Virus record (IMG/VR): IMGVR_UViG_3300031997_000001
Coordinates: 124,001 to 188,000 of that record
DNA: 64,000 nucleotides
Strand: one strand, 5' to 3'
The translations under genes were made by a program, and so were the position numbers. The first letter of the stretch is position 1. Every line of letters begins with the position of its first letter. Under the pieces are notes generated by a model that worked only from the letters and a program-made list of their open reading frames with translations, ran no database searches and was not told the DNA's origin. This document shows positions 49,382 to 58,476 of the stretch, one piece after another.

Positions 49382-49569
49382 GCCAGTGTCTCCAATTCCC
49401 GACGCAGTTCCGTCTCCCCCATGTACTGAATGTTGGAGAGGTAGGAGTACAGCTCATCGTCGCTCAGCCCATCCCTGTTCGGCTTATAGTGCTCGGTCAG
49501 GAGCTTCCGGACCTCGGTGATGTCCAGTTCCTTCTGGGCCAGAAGCTGCTTCGCCTGATCGCTGGTCAT
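49378..49569 (-). CDS. Hypothetical protein
   Basis: SD GGAGG, coupled. Confidence 0.6.
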   Translation of the reverse strand: MTSDQAKQLLAQKELDITEVRKLLTEHYKPNRDGLSDDELYSYLSNIQYMGETELRRELETLA

Positions 49570-50189
49570 CAGTCCTCCTTCGTCTTGAGATCCTCGTCCG
49601 GGACGATGGTCCGGGTCATTCCAGATAATCCATCTCTCCACTTGAGCTTGAACATGGCCGGGTTGTCGACCGACTTATGGAAATCGCCGACCAGCTTCGA
49701 GCCGAGGCGCTTGAGCACGATCCCCTCGGTCTTCATGTCGCCGATGAGGGACTTGTAGAGCGCGGCGTAGCCCGTGGTCTGACCAGGAATGAGATGGATC
49801 GGCCATCTGGCACCGTCCACTCTGATTCCGTTGTAGATCCCGAACACCTTCGCGTACCGCTCCTCGACGGGGAGATGACCGACCCACTCGCCCCTCTCGT
49901 ACATCATGTCGAAGAGCCACATTCCCTCTTCCTTCCACGCCTCACGCCGGCAGGTCCACTCGGCGTTCAGGACCGTGCCATCCTCGAGCGGCAGGAGTTT
50001 GAGGGCATCTCTCATGTCGTCCGAGATGGCGAGCGGCTTCATCACGCGGGAGAGGACGACCAGTTCGCCCTTCTCTCGGAAGATCAGGGAGTTGTGTCCA
50101 TCGAGCTTCGGCTGGGCGACGTATTCGCCCTCCTTGATCATCTTCAAGGAATAGATGTGAGACGGTTTGTCAGGAAATCTGGGCTTGAT
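49569..50189 (-). CDS. Minimal ATP-dependent ligase-like nucleotidyltransferase, probable ATC start
   Basis: QPKLDG; NAEW; LFDM; EGIVLKR; FKLK; no OB domain. Confidence 0.75.
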   Translation of the reverse strand: MKPRFPDKPSHIYSLKMIKEGEYVAQPKLDGHNSLIFREKGELVVLSRVMKPLAISDDMRDALKLLPLEDGTVLNAEWTCRREAWKEEGMWLFDMMYERGEWVGHLPVEERYAKVFGIYNGIRVDGARWPIHLIPGQTTGYAALYKSLIGDMKTEGIVLKRLGSKLVGDFHKSVDNPAMFKLKWRDGLSGMTRTIVPDEDLKTKED

Positions 50190-50759
50190 TGGGTGTCTCC
50201 TTGAGCTTGAGCCCGGCCTGGAACGCCTTGTCGAAGGCCTTCTCGACCTTCGCGTAGGCCTCCATTTCCTGCTTCGCCATCCGGTTCAGGATGGCGTCAC
50301 CGCAACCGGGACAACCGTCCTTGCTGACCAGCGCCTTGTTGAGGATCTCGATGACGGCAGCCGCCTTGCCCAGCCTGCGCCACAGGGAACCGATGACCTG
50401 ATGGTTGCAGGCGAAGCAATGGCCGTACTCCTCGATCCACTTCCTGATGCTGCCGCACTTCGGACACTTGGGGCTCATTTCGCCTCCAGGAATTCCATGC
50501 CGTAGCTCGTCGGACCCCCGTTCTCGACGGTGCTCCAGAGACGATAGACCAGGAACTTCTTCTTGAAGATCCGCCCCTTCGACGTCCGGACCGATGCGGC
50601 CCAGACCTTCCCTTCCGGGTCCTTGAACTCGACCGGAAGCCCTTCCTTCCTCGCCAGGGCGCAGAGCGCCCTGACCGTCGTCGGCGTCGTCCGCGGCTTG
50701 GTACCGCTGCGGCACCAGTGTCCGGTCATCGGAAAGCGTCTGATTGCAGCGTTGGTCAT
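50170..50759 (-). other. Two small hypothetical genes (50170-50478 Zn-ribbon, 50475-50759)
   Basis: Coupled ORFs. Confidence 0.6.
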
Positions 50760-50772
50760 AATCTTCCCTCCC

Positions 50773-51729
50773 CTAGATTTCCAGCTTCCTGACGTTCAGG
50801 ATCCGCTGGGCCAGCTCCTCGGCCGACTCGTTGAGCTCCTTGACCTTCACGTCGGGGACGATCTCCCCGTACATCTCGATCCGGTCCTTGAGCCTCTTGA
50901 CCTTCCTGAGCCGGGCTTCCATCCAGGTGATCTTGCCCTTGTCGGTGAGGTCCGGGGACAGCTGATCGACTTCCTCGGCCAGCCCCTTCACGACGGATTC
51001 CAGCTCCTCCAGCACGGACCGGCCGAGGGTCACCTTGGAGACTTCGGCATCCGGCACGGGGAGATACTCGAAGCGCGCGTCGTTGGTATTCGGAGAGAGC
51101 TTCGACACCAGAGTCGAAACCTTCTCCACGACGCCGTTGAACTGCGCCGGGACGAAGTAGACGTTGCCCTGGTCCCGCAGGGTGATCAGGTCCGCCTCCT
51201 CCTCGATGATGCGCTGGAGGTAGCGGGTTATGTCGCTCGAGTTGTACCGGACCTTCTCCTTCTCGAACAGCTCGAGGACCAGCTTGTTGATCGCGGCGTT
51301 GGCGGTGTAGCCGGGCATCTCGGAGATGAGGGCCTCGGCGAAGTTCTTCGTCTCGTAGTACTTGCTCTTGGACACGATGACCCGAGTCTCGGTCGTGTAC
51401 TTGAGCTCGCCGGACCCGACGGAGGTGCCGGTCAGCTGTTCAGCCGTGAACTGGAAGACGATGAAGTCGTCGTCCTCGCTGACCCGCCGGATGATCCGAC
51501 CTTCCTCCAGGTTGCGCAGGGCGCGGATGAAGGCACTGCGGTAATTATGTTCGCGAGCGTATTTGGTCGGGAGTCCGCTTTCCTCCAGCAGCTTGGTGAA
51601 CTCGTCCTTGGTGATCGAGACGTTCCTCACGTTCCAGAACACAACCGACCCCAAGATCGGGCAGTCCAGACCTTTCATCTTGAGGAAGAATTGTGCGCGT
51701 TTCTCCTGAGCAGTCATGTGCTCCTCCAC
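50773..51729 (-). CDS. DUF3150-like protein associated with the AAA module
   Basis: LGSVVFW; LRDQGNVYFVP; coiled C-terminus ending RKLEI. Confidence 0.6.
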   Translation of the reverse strand: MEEHMTAQEKRAQFFLKMKGLDCPILGSVVFWNVRNVSITKDEFTKLLEESGLPTKYAREHNYRSAFIRALRNLEEGRIIRRVSEDDDFIVFQFTAEQLTGTSVGSGELKYTTETRVIVSKSKYYETKNFAEALISEMPGYTANAAINKLVLELFEKEKVRYNSSDITRYLQRIIEEEADLITLRDQGNVYFVPAQFNGVVEKVSTLVSKLSPNTNDARFEYLPVPDAEVSKVTLGRSVLEELESVVKGLAEEVDQLSPDLTDKGKITWMEARLRKVKRLKDRIEMYGEIVPDVKVKELNESAEELAQRILNVRKLEI

Positions 51730-51773
51730 TTGGGATAGTCAAATATAGAACATAAGCAACATGGGGTAATGCT

Positions 51774-52439
51774 ATGAAGAAATGCGCCTGGTGCAAGACG
51801 CCAAAGCCGAATTCGAAATTTCCCCTGCATTATCCAGTTTGTTTTAAGTGCTTGGCCTATCGTGCGCGCAAAAGCAAGCCATGCAAGATTTGCGGAGTAA
51901 CCAAACCAAAGAAAAAATTCCCCCCAGCCAGTCTTAGGTGTTATGCTTGTGCTTGGGTTTGTAAGCGTAAAGACCCCAAATACCGGGAAAAATGCAACGC
52001 GTACAACAGGCGCCGGTACAAGGAAGACGCAGCTTACAGACAACACTATCTCGCCAAATGCCGGGTACGCAACAAAGAACGCTGGCGGCTGGGCTTGATA
52101 CAAGCCTACGACGAAAGCTCCCCACGCAGGTGGCTTTTTGCAAAGACGCGCAGAGGGAGAACACACGGGCGACGCAGTAACTTCAAGTGGGGCGTTAGTC
52201 TGGATTTCCTGTGTGGTCTTTGGGAAGACCAAAAAGGCAAATGTGCTCTTTCTGGTCTTCCCATGACAATGCAACGATACAGGCTTGATGGCGCATCCAT
52301 AGACCGGATCGACTCCACCAAAGGCTACGTGCCTGGGAACATCCAGCTTGTGTGCAAGGCCATCAACCTCGCGAAGAATAAGAACACGAACGAGGAGATG
52401 ATGGCATTCATTAAGGCGCTCCGGGCTATTCCTAGATAA
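51774..52439 (+). mobile_element. Free-standing HNH-type endonuclease with N-terminal Zn fingers
   Basis: QKGKCALSG...SIDRIDSTKGYVPGNIQLVC..IN..KN; antisense; lower GC. Confidence 0.75.
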
Positions 52440-52455
52440 CTCCTTTGGTACGCAG

Positions 52456-52674
52456 TCACTGCTTGACCTGCTGGCTGGCCTGTGTCATTTCTCTGATCCA
52501 GTCGACTGTCAGGTCTCCATGCTGCGCCCGCTGGGTCGGCTCGTCGCAGCCCTGCTCGACGGCAAGGCCGAGGGCGCGAATGACCTCGAATGGGACGAAG
52601 GCGCAGACGCCGCCGACCTTGTCGAAGCCGTTGACTCGGACGAACTTTCCCCCGTTCAGGTTGTTGACCATCAT
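52456..52674 (-). CDS. Hypothetical protein
   Basis: Coupled ORF MMVNNLNGG. Confidence 0.5.
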   Translation of the reverse strand: MMVNNLNGGKFVRVNGFDKVGGVCAFVPFEVIRALGLAVEQGCDEPTQRAQHGDLTVDWIREMTQASQQVKQ

Positions 52675-52859
52675 CCGTTCCCCTGCTTGACCTGGTTCTT
52701 GTCGGCCTGGACCACGTGGTCCATCCCCTTGTGCCGCTCCTCGATCTTGCCCAGGCTCTTGGCCAGATCCTCGGTGAAGGAGGCCGTACCCTGACCGTTG
52801 GCCCCCTCTGCATGGATCTTGACTTCCCCGTCGTTGATCTTGAGCACTATTTCTTTCAT
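52671..52859 (-). CDS. DUF2997-like protein
   Basis: MKEIVLKINDGEVKIHAEGANG...TEDLAKSLG. Confidence 0.7.
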   Translation of the reverse strand: MKEIVLKINDGEVKIHAEGANGQGTASFTEDLAKSLGKIEERHKGMDHVVQADKNQVKQGNG

Positions 52860-52993
52860 CTTTCCTCCCCATTCATTATGCCTGAGACACTCCTCACTAT
52901 TCGAGCTCCAACTTTCTTTCCCCGAGCTCCGCCTTGGTCGGAATGGTGACTGTCGTAAAGGAGAACATAGTGTTGTCCTTTCAGCCATAGGAT

Positions 52994-53275
52994 CTAGTAC
53001 TGCCTCAGGGTGAGTTGGATCTCGTTCCCGTTGTTCATCCGGACGACGGTGTACCCCGCCTGCTTCGCCTTCGCGGTGGCGAGGGATGCGGCGTACTCGT
53101 TCTTGAACAGCTTCTCGAACCCGGGGTATTGCTCCTTGGGCTCGACCTTGTACATCCCGTTCGGGAGCTTGGTGATCTTGGACTCCCAGCCGTGGTCCTT
53201 CTTCAGCTTCTCCGCGGCTGCCTTCGCGGCTGCCTGGTCCTTGACCTCGATGCTGACCCTCGTGAAACAGGGCAC
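52994..53275 (-). CDS. DUF1257-like protein
   Basis: FTRVSIEVKD...EYAASLATAKAKQAGYTV..NGNEIQLTLRQY; GTG start after GAGGA. Confidence 0.7.
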   Translation of the reverse strand: MPCFTRVSIEVKDQAAAKAAAEKLKKDHGWESKITKLPNGMYKVEPKEQYPGFEKLFKNEYAASLATAKAKQAGYTVVRMNNGNEIQLTLRQY

Positions 53276-53331
53276 ATCTTCCTCCCTTGATGAGCGGTGG
53301 GGGTCCCGATTTGGGACCCCCACCTTCTTGA

Positions 53332-54879
53332 CTACGCGTCCACCTTGCGGGACTTCTGCTCCTCTTCCTTGCGGTGGTTCGCGTTCTGGGCGAAGTCGCT
53401 GGCCCACTTCTTCATCGACTCCAGGTCGCCCCTCCGGGACCGGGAGAGGGGCACGGTCCGCAGGATGGCGGACAGGATGTGCATGTCGTTGAGCTCCTCC
53501 TTGCGGTAGAAGCCGGTGTAGAGGCCCGAGATCACGGCCTCCTCCAGCTCCGCCCCCGAGTACCCCTCGCTGTTGGAGGCGCACTCCTTGAGGCCCTGGG
53601 CGTCGAACTTCTTGGGATCGCGGCCCCGCTTGGTGATGTGGATCTTGAGAATCTCCTCCCGCTCCTTCTCGTCCGGGAGGTCGACGTAGAAGATCTCATC
53701 GAAGCGGCCCTTCCTGAGCAGCTCAGGCGGGAGTCCGTCGATCTTGTTGCACGTCGCCACGATGAAGACCGGCGCGGTCTTCTCCTGCATCCAGGTGATG
53801 AACGACCCGAAGACGCGGGCGCTCACTCCGGAGTCCGTCTGGCCCGAGCTGGACATCCCAGCGAAGGCCTTCTCGATCTCGTCCACCCACAACACGCAGC
53901 GGCCCACGGCCTCTGCCGTCTGGATGGCGACCCGCATGTTCGCCTCGCTCTGGCCGACCAGCCCGCCGAAGACGCGTCCCACGTCGAACTTGATGAGCGG
54001 GACCCCGAAGTTGGCGGCGCACGCCTTCGCCGCCAGGGACTTGCCCGTTCCCGGGATGCCCGTGAGCATCACGCCACGCGGGGCGGGGAGGCCGTACTTG
54101 CGGGCGTCCTCGGTGAACGCCAGCTTCCTGATGCTCAGCCACTCCTTGAGCACCACCAGCCCGCCGATGTCGTCCATCCCCTGCTTGGCAGGGTACCACT
54201 CCAGCACGCCCGACTTCTTGATGGCGTTGGCCTTCTCGGACATGACCAGCGTGGAAATCTGGACCTTGGACTTCGGGTCGTCCTTGGTGGACTTCTTCCA
54301 GTCCACCACGCCCTTGGCCATGGCGTTCTCCGCCTCGACCGTGGTCAGGCCCATGCAGGCCTCCACGATGGCGAAGACCTCGTCCTTCGCGACGTCCCCC
54401 ACGACGGTCTTGTTCTCCGTCACGAACCGGTCGATCATCGTGCCGATGATCGCCCTCTCGGGGAGGCCGAACTCCAGGAGCGTCACGTCGCGCTGCAGCC
54501 CGACGGGCAGCTCGTTGAGCGGGCTGATCATGATGAGCGTCTTCTTGGCCGTCTTGAACTCGCGGGCGATGTCCCGGATGAGCCGCGCGATCTTGGGCAC
54601 CTGGAAGAACGGGTGCAGGTCGCGGAACAGGAACACCACCTTCTCGCCGAACGTGGTCGTGCTCTCGGCGCCGCGGATCTTCGCGAGGGCGGCGACCGGG
54701 TCGTCAACCTCGTCGATGGTCTTGCCGTTGGCGTCGATGAAGCCGTCCGTGTGGCTCCACACGACCACCTTCCACTTGAGCTCCTTGAGGGTGTTGGCGA
54801 GCTCCAGCTCGACGCGCGCCTCCTCGGGGCTCACGACCATGAGTACCGGATAGCGGGCCTTGATGTAGCTGTCAAACAT
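53332..54879 (-). CDS. Ycf46-like AAA+ ATPase
   Basis: IKARYP..EEARV; GIPGTGKS; LWVDEIEK; PPELLRKGRFDEIFYVDLP. Confidence 0.9.
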   Translation of the reverse strand: MFDSYIKARYPVLMVVSPEEARVELELANTLKELKWKVVVWSHTDGFIDANGKTIDEVDDPVAALAKIRGAESTTTFGEKVVFLFRDLHPFFQVPKIARLIRDIAREFKTAKKTLIMISPLNELPVGLQRDVTLLEFGLPERAIIGTMIDRFVTENKTVVGDVAKDEVFAIVEACMGLTTVEAENAMAKGVVDWKKSTKDDPKSKVQISTLVMSEKANAIKKSGVLEWYPAKQGMDDIGGLVVLKEWLSIRKLAFTEDARKYGLPAPRGVMLTGIPGTGKSLAAKACAANFGVPLIKFDVGRVFGGLVGQSEANMRVAIQTAEAVGRCVLWVDEIEKAFAGMSSSGQTDSGVSARVFGSFITWMQEKTAPVFIVATCNKIDGLPPELLRKGRFDEIFYVDLPDEKEREEILKIHITKRGRDPKKFDAQGLKECASNSEGYSGAELEEAVISGLYTGFYRKEELNDMHILSAILRTVPLSRSRRGDLESMKKWASDFAQNANHRKEEEQKSRKVDA

Positions 54880-54900
54880 GCGAACCTCCTGTAAAGGGAA

Positions 54901-56342
54901 CTAACGCAATTCGCTCTTGTCCTTGGCTTCGAAGATCTCGAACTTGCGGCGGCTGTCCTTGTCCTCGTCTTCCGACCTGTCGCCGATGCACCACATGTTG
55001 GCATCGCCTGGGCGATCGTCTGAGGTCAGAACGTATGAGCAATCGCTCCACTTCGCGCCGAGGTTCTTGAGCGCGGACTCGGCTTCCTGTTTGGTGCCAT
55101 AGCCGACGAAGAAGGTCGGCGGCTTGTCCAGGTCGCTGAGGATGGCTGAACCGCTCCTGTTGATCTGGTACTCCACGATCACGAAGCTCATGGTCTCCTT
55201 CCTAATGGACGTGGGGAACGGAGCCTGCGTGCGCCAGGGCATGCTCTATCTGGTCGACGTGCCGGTCGTACTCGTCCTCGGTGATGTCGAAGGTCCTGTT
55301 GCACAGGCCGCAGAGGGCCGTGTGCTGGATGCCGGAGCCCGTCACGTCCTCGGCTTCGATGTGGACGGTGATGTAGGCGCCGCTGGCATGGCAGTCTTCG
55401 AACGGGCAGATGATGTGCTTTTCGTCGCTCATTAGGCCTCCAATACGCGGCCACCCACCTGACCGAACGGGGCTGACCGCGACGGCATCGAAGTAAGGGT
55501 GAAATTCACATCCACCTTCACGACCTCGCACAGGTCCACGTAGGCCTGGCGCTTGGCCTTCTTTTGCTCCCAAGTGAGACGGTAAGCCTGAATCCCGTAT
55601 GGAGTGGCGCCTGCGGCAAAGATGGCTGCACGAGCCGACTCCTCACCCTTGTATTGTCTGGCGTCCCAGAGGTCGGACACCCACCCAGATGCGTCCTGGC
55701 ACCCGACGTCGGCCGTCTTGGGAAGCCAGCGCTTGGATGGCTTGTGCCGGACCATGAATACCGTGGTCTTCACCGTCCCTCCTCCACGGACACGATCTCG
55801 ATGTCGACGCCTTGGAAGCCCAGTGCCTCGATCTGCTCGCCTGCCTGTTTCATGGCCTTCGTCTCGGCGTCCGCGCAGGACTGGGCCTTGAGGCATACGG
55901 CCTTCGTGCCGCCGGTCAGCACTAGCTCGACGTGGAATTTCTTCTCCACTTGTGGAACGCACGGCGTCTCGGGTGTGAAGTGCCGGGTCAGGATCTCCCT
56001 GATGTCGGCAACGTCCCATTCGCCGTCTCGGTGGACGGGAGCGACAAGCGCCTTGATCTCGCGGGCGGCGGCTTCATGCGGTGTCAGGCAATTGGAGCCG
56101 ATCTGTTGGTCCGCGTACAGCCATGGCCTTGATGCGCACGTCTCGATGTCGAGAGTTTCGATGATCTGCAGGGCCTCCGCCACCGCAGGGTTGAATTCCA
56201 GCTCTGGCAAGCCTCCGCCATCGGGAACCTGTACCGGCCCATCCGCCCATTCCTCTCCGGGTTTTCCTGCGACGAGCCAGACGAGGCGGAGGAGCCGTTC
56301 GTCCAGGACCTTCCGCTTGGGATTCAGGATCTTGTTTGTCAT
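54901..56342 (-). other. Four small hypothetical genes (54901-55191, 55202-55432, 55432-55773, 55770-56342)
   Basis: Tiled ORFs with SD. Confidence 0.55.
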
Positions 56343-56533
56343 CAGTGTCCCAGTTTCTGCTGGTTGTTGGCCTGCGGCTGCTGGTAGAACTCGCTGGTCT
56401 TCTGGTCGTCCTTGACCGTGCCCAGCGCGTTCTCCAGCGTCTTGGTCGCGTCCTTGCAGGCGGTGCCCTTGAGCCCGTCGACCGAGATCTTGAGGCCGCC
56501 CTTGTTGTCGATGATCAGCGTGATCGTGTGCAT
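56342..56533 (-). CDS. DUF2997 family protein
   Basis: ITLIIDNKGGLKISVDGLKGTACKDATKTLENALG...TSEFYQ. Confidence 0.8.
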   Translation of the reverse strand: MHTITLIIDNKGGLKISVDGLKGTACKDATKTLENALGTVKDDQKTSEFYQQPQANNQQKLGH

Positions 56534-56563
56534 CGGTCAGGCTCCTGTGCTGGGGGAAGTCGC

Positions 56564-57019
56564 CTAGTACTTGACGAACTGGAGCTTGACCTCGCCCGTC
56601 GGGAGCTTGGTCTGCGTGCAGGTGTAGCCCTGGGCCGTCATTTTCTTCTTGGCCACCTCGGCGACGTACCCCTTCACGATGTTGCTGCAATTGTCCCCGG
56701 CCAGCGCCTGCAGTCCGTGTCCGCCGGCGTAGAAGTCCCAGACCAGCACGTGGCCTTTCCCGTTGGGGTTCTTGCAGACGCCGATCTCGTACGCCTGCGA
56801 GTTGCCGGGGACGCCGATGGCGTGCTCGCACTTGCCGTAGTCCTCGGGCTTGATCCCGTGGTGGTAGGCGGCGTTCGCCCCGTGGTAGTCGTTGACCCAC
56901 GAACCGTACCACTTGTGATGCTTCTGGCCTTCCTTCCACTGGAGGCCCGACGCCTTGACCGCCTTCTTGAGGGCTTCCAGATCGAGCACGTCCAACTCGA
57001 GTCGAGCGACATGAGACAT
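56564..57019 (-). CDS. DUF1257 family protein
   Basis: MSHVARLELDVLDLEALKKA...YEIGV...WDFY. Confidence 0.8.
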   Translation of the reverse strand: MSHVARLELDVLDLEALKKAVKASGLQWKEGQKHHKWYGSWVNDYHGANAAYHHGIKPEDYGKCEHAIGVPGNSQAYEIGVCKNPNGKGHVLVWDFYAGGHGLQALAGDNCSNIVKGYVAEVAKKKMTAQGYTCTQTKLPTGEVKLQFVKY

Positions 57020-57280
57020 TTAGGCCTCCTTGGGGAACGGGATGTTGTGCTTGACGAGCCAGGCGTGCTCGATTGCGAGCGCCTTCGCCCGGGTCCTGAA
57101 CGGTCCGATTCGGGGGCCGCCGACCGGCTTGAGATTGACGACCCACCGGACTCCTGCCGGCTCGACGTGGCTGGCCCGCCGGATTTCGGCCTTCCCCAAG
57201 GAGAGAAGCGGGGTCAGCTCGTCGGCATAGACCATCCGCAGCGAGCCGTCGTTGCCGATGACCATCTCATGCTTGGACAC
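57020..57280 (-). CDS. Small protein typical of DUF1257/DUF2997 clusters
   Basis: IRRASHVEP..W..PVGGPRIGPF..R..AL..E..WL. Confidence 0.7.
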   Translation of the reverse strand: MSKHEMVIGNDGSLRMVYADELTPLLSLGKAEIRRASHVEPAGVRWVVNLKPVGGPRIGPFRTRAKALAIEHAWLVKHNIPFPKEA

Positions 57281-57388
57281 TATCCCTCCTTAGTTGCTGC
57301 TTCCAAGCTTCTAGGCGCAGCTTGCCCTGCACACAGACGAATTTGTCGCCAACGCGCTTGACTTGAATTGGGGGCATCCCGTGGTACT

Positions 57389-58421
57389 TCACTTGTCCCC
57401 CTCCATGGTCAGGTCGTCGGCGGAGGCCTTCGCGTCCGCCAGCGCGCTGCGGATGGGACCGTTCGGGTCGCTCGGCTCCACTGCGTCCTCTCCCAAGAGG
57501 ATCCGCTGGCCCAGGTTCCCGAGGGTCTGGAACAGCGGCAGGCCGAGGCACTTCTCGATGACCGCCTTGCCGACGTCCTTGCGCAGCTTCTCGGGAAGCG
57601 TGTCCTGTCGGATGTAGATGATCTTCTTCTTTTCCTCACCGGGGGAGGTGCTGACCTCCATGGTGATGAATTCCGGCGCTCCCGGTTCCAGGACCGAGGC
57701 GGTCTCGTTCAGGGTCGGGAGACGACGGAACTTCGGCGGAACGCGTTTGGGCATCTGGCCTCCTAGGTGGCATGAATCACGACGGACCAGGCCTTCCTTA
57801 CCTCAAGACTGGAGAAGTAGAAGCAGTCGCTTCCACCCACGCGCTCGAGGGACTTCACGACGAGCGATTTGTACAACTCCATTGAGCGGAGTGCGGCTAA
57901 CGCGTCCTCCGGGCTGGATGTCTTGGACTTGACCTGGATGGCGATATGGACCGTAGATCCAGACGCCAGTGTGATGCGCCAGATGTCGCAGTGCTTGTCT
58001 TCCATGGCTGTCCTCAATTCACGAGGGACTGGGCGCGCTTCAGGAGTTCCTCATCCTGGGCGACCTGTCCAAGCGACTGCATGATCTCCTGCGTCGGCGG
58101 GCTGCCTTCGTCCTTGGCCTTGGCGATGAGAGCCTTCGCCTCGGCGACGTGCTGGTCGAACCTCACCTTGAGCTTGGCCACGTCCTCCGGGCTGGGCGGA
58201 CACACGAGACTCGCGTACCGGGAGGGAACGAGAGAGGGGACGACGGTAGCGAAGATGTTGCCGCCGCCCAGGATCTTCCCCAGCTCCCCCAGCATGCCTT
58301 TGATCTCCAAAGGCGATGGCATTCCCTCGGGCTCCTCGCCGCCCCCGAAGGCGCCCCCGTATTCGCCGTTGGGGTCAGGCCCCTCGAACTCTTCTGGCTC
58401 GTCCGGATCTTCCATGTTCAT
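57389..58421 (-). other. Three hypothetical genes (57389-57754, 57763-58005, 58014-58421)
   Basis: ORFs with SD after promoter. Confidence 0.6.
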
Positions 58422-58439
58422 ATACGTTCTCCTAGGAAC

Positions 58440-58469
58440 AGTATATCAGGGAGGGAAATCCCCTGTCAA
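58440..58469 (-). promoter_or_regulatory. sigma70-like promoter
   Basis: TTGACA-18-TATACT with TG extension. Confidence 0.8.
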
Positions 58470-58476
58470 CTATTCC

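Noticed and set aside
57267-57392. ParB-like gene
   Set aside because: Only about 41 codons with a partial PPIxV..GxxRL pattern; too short to call.
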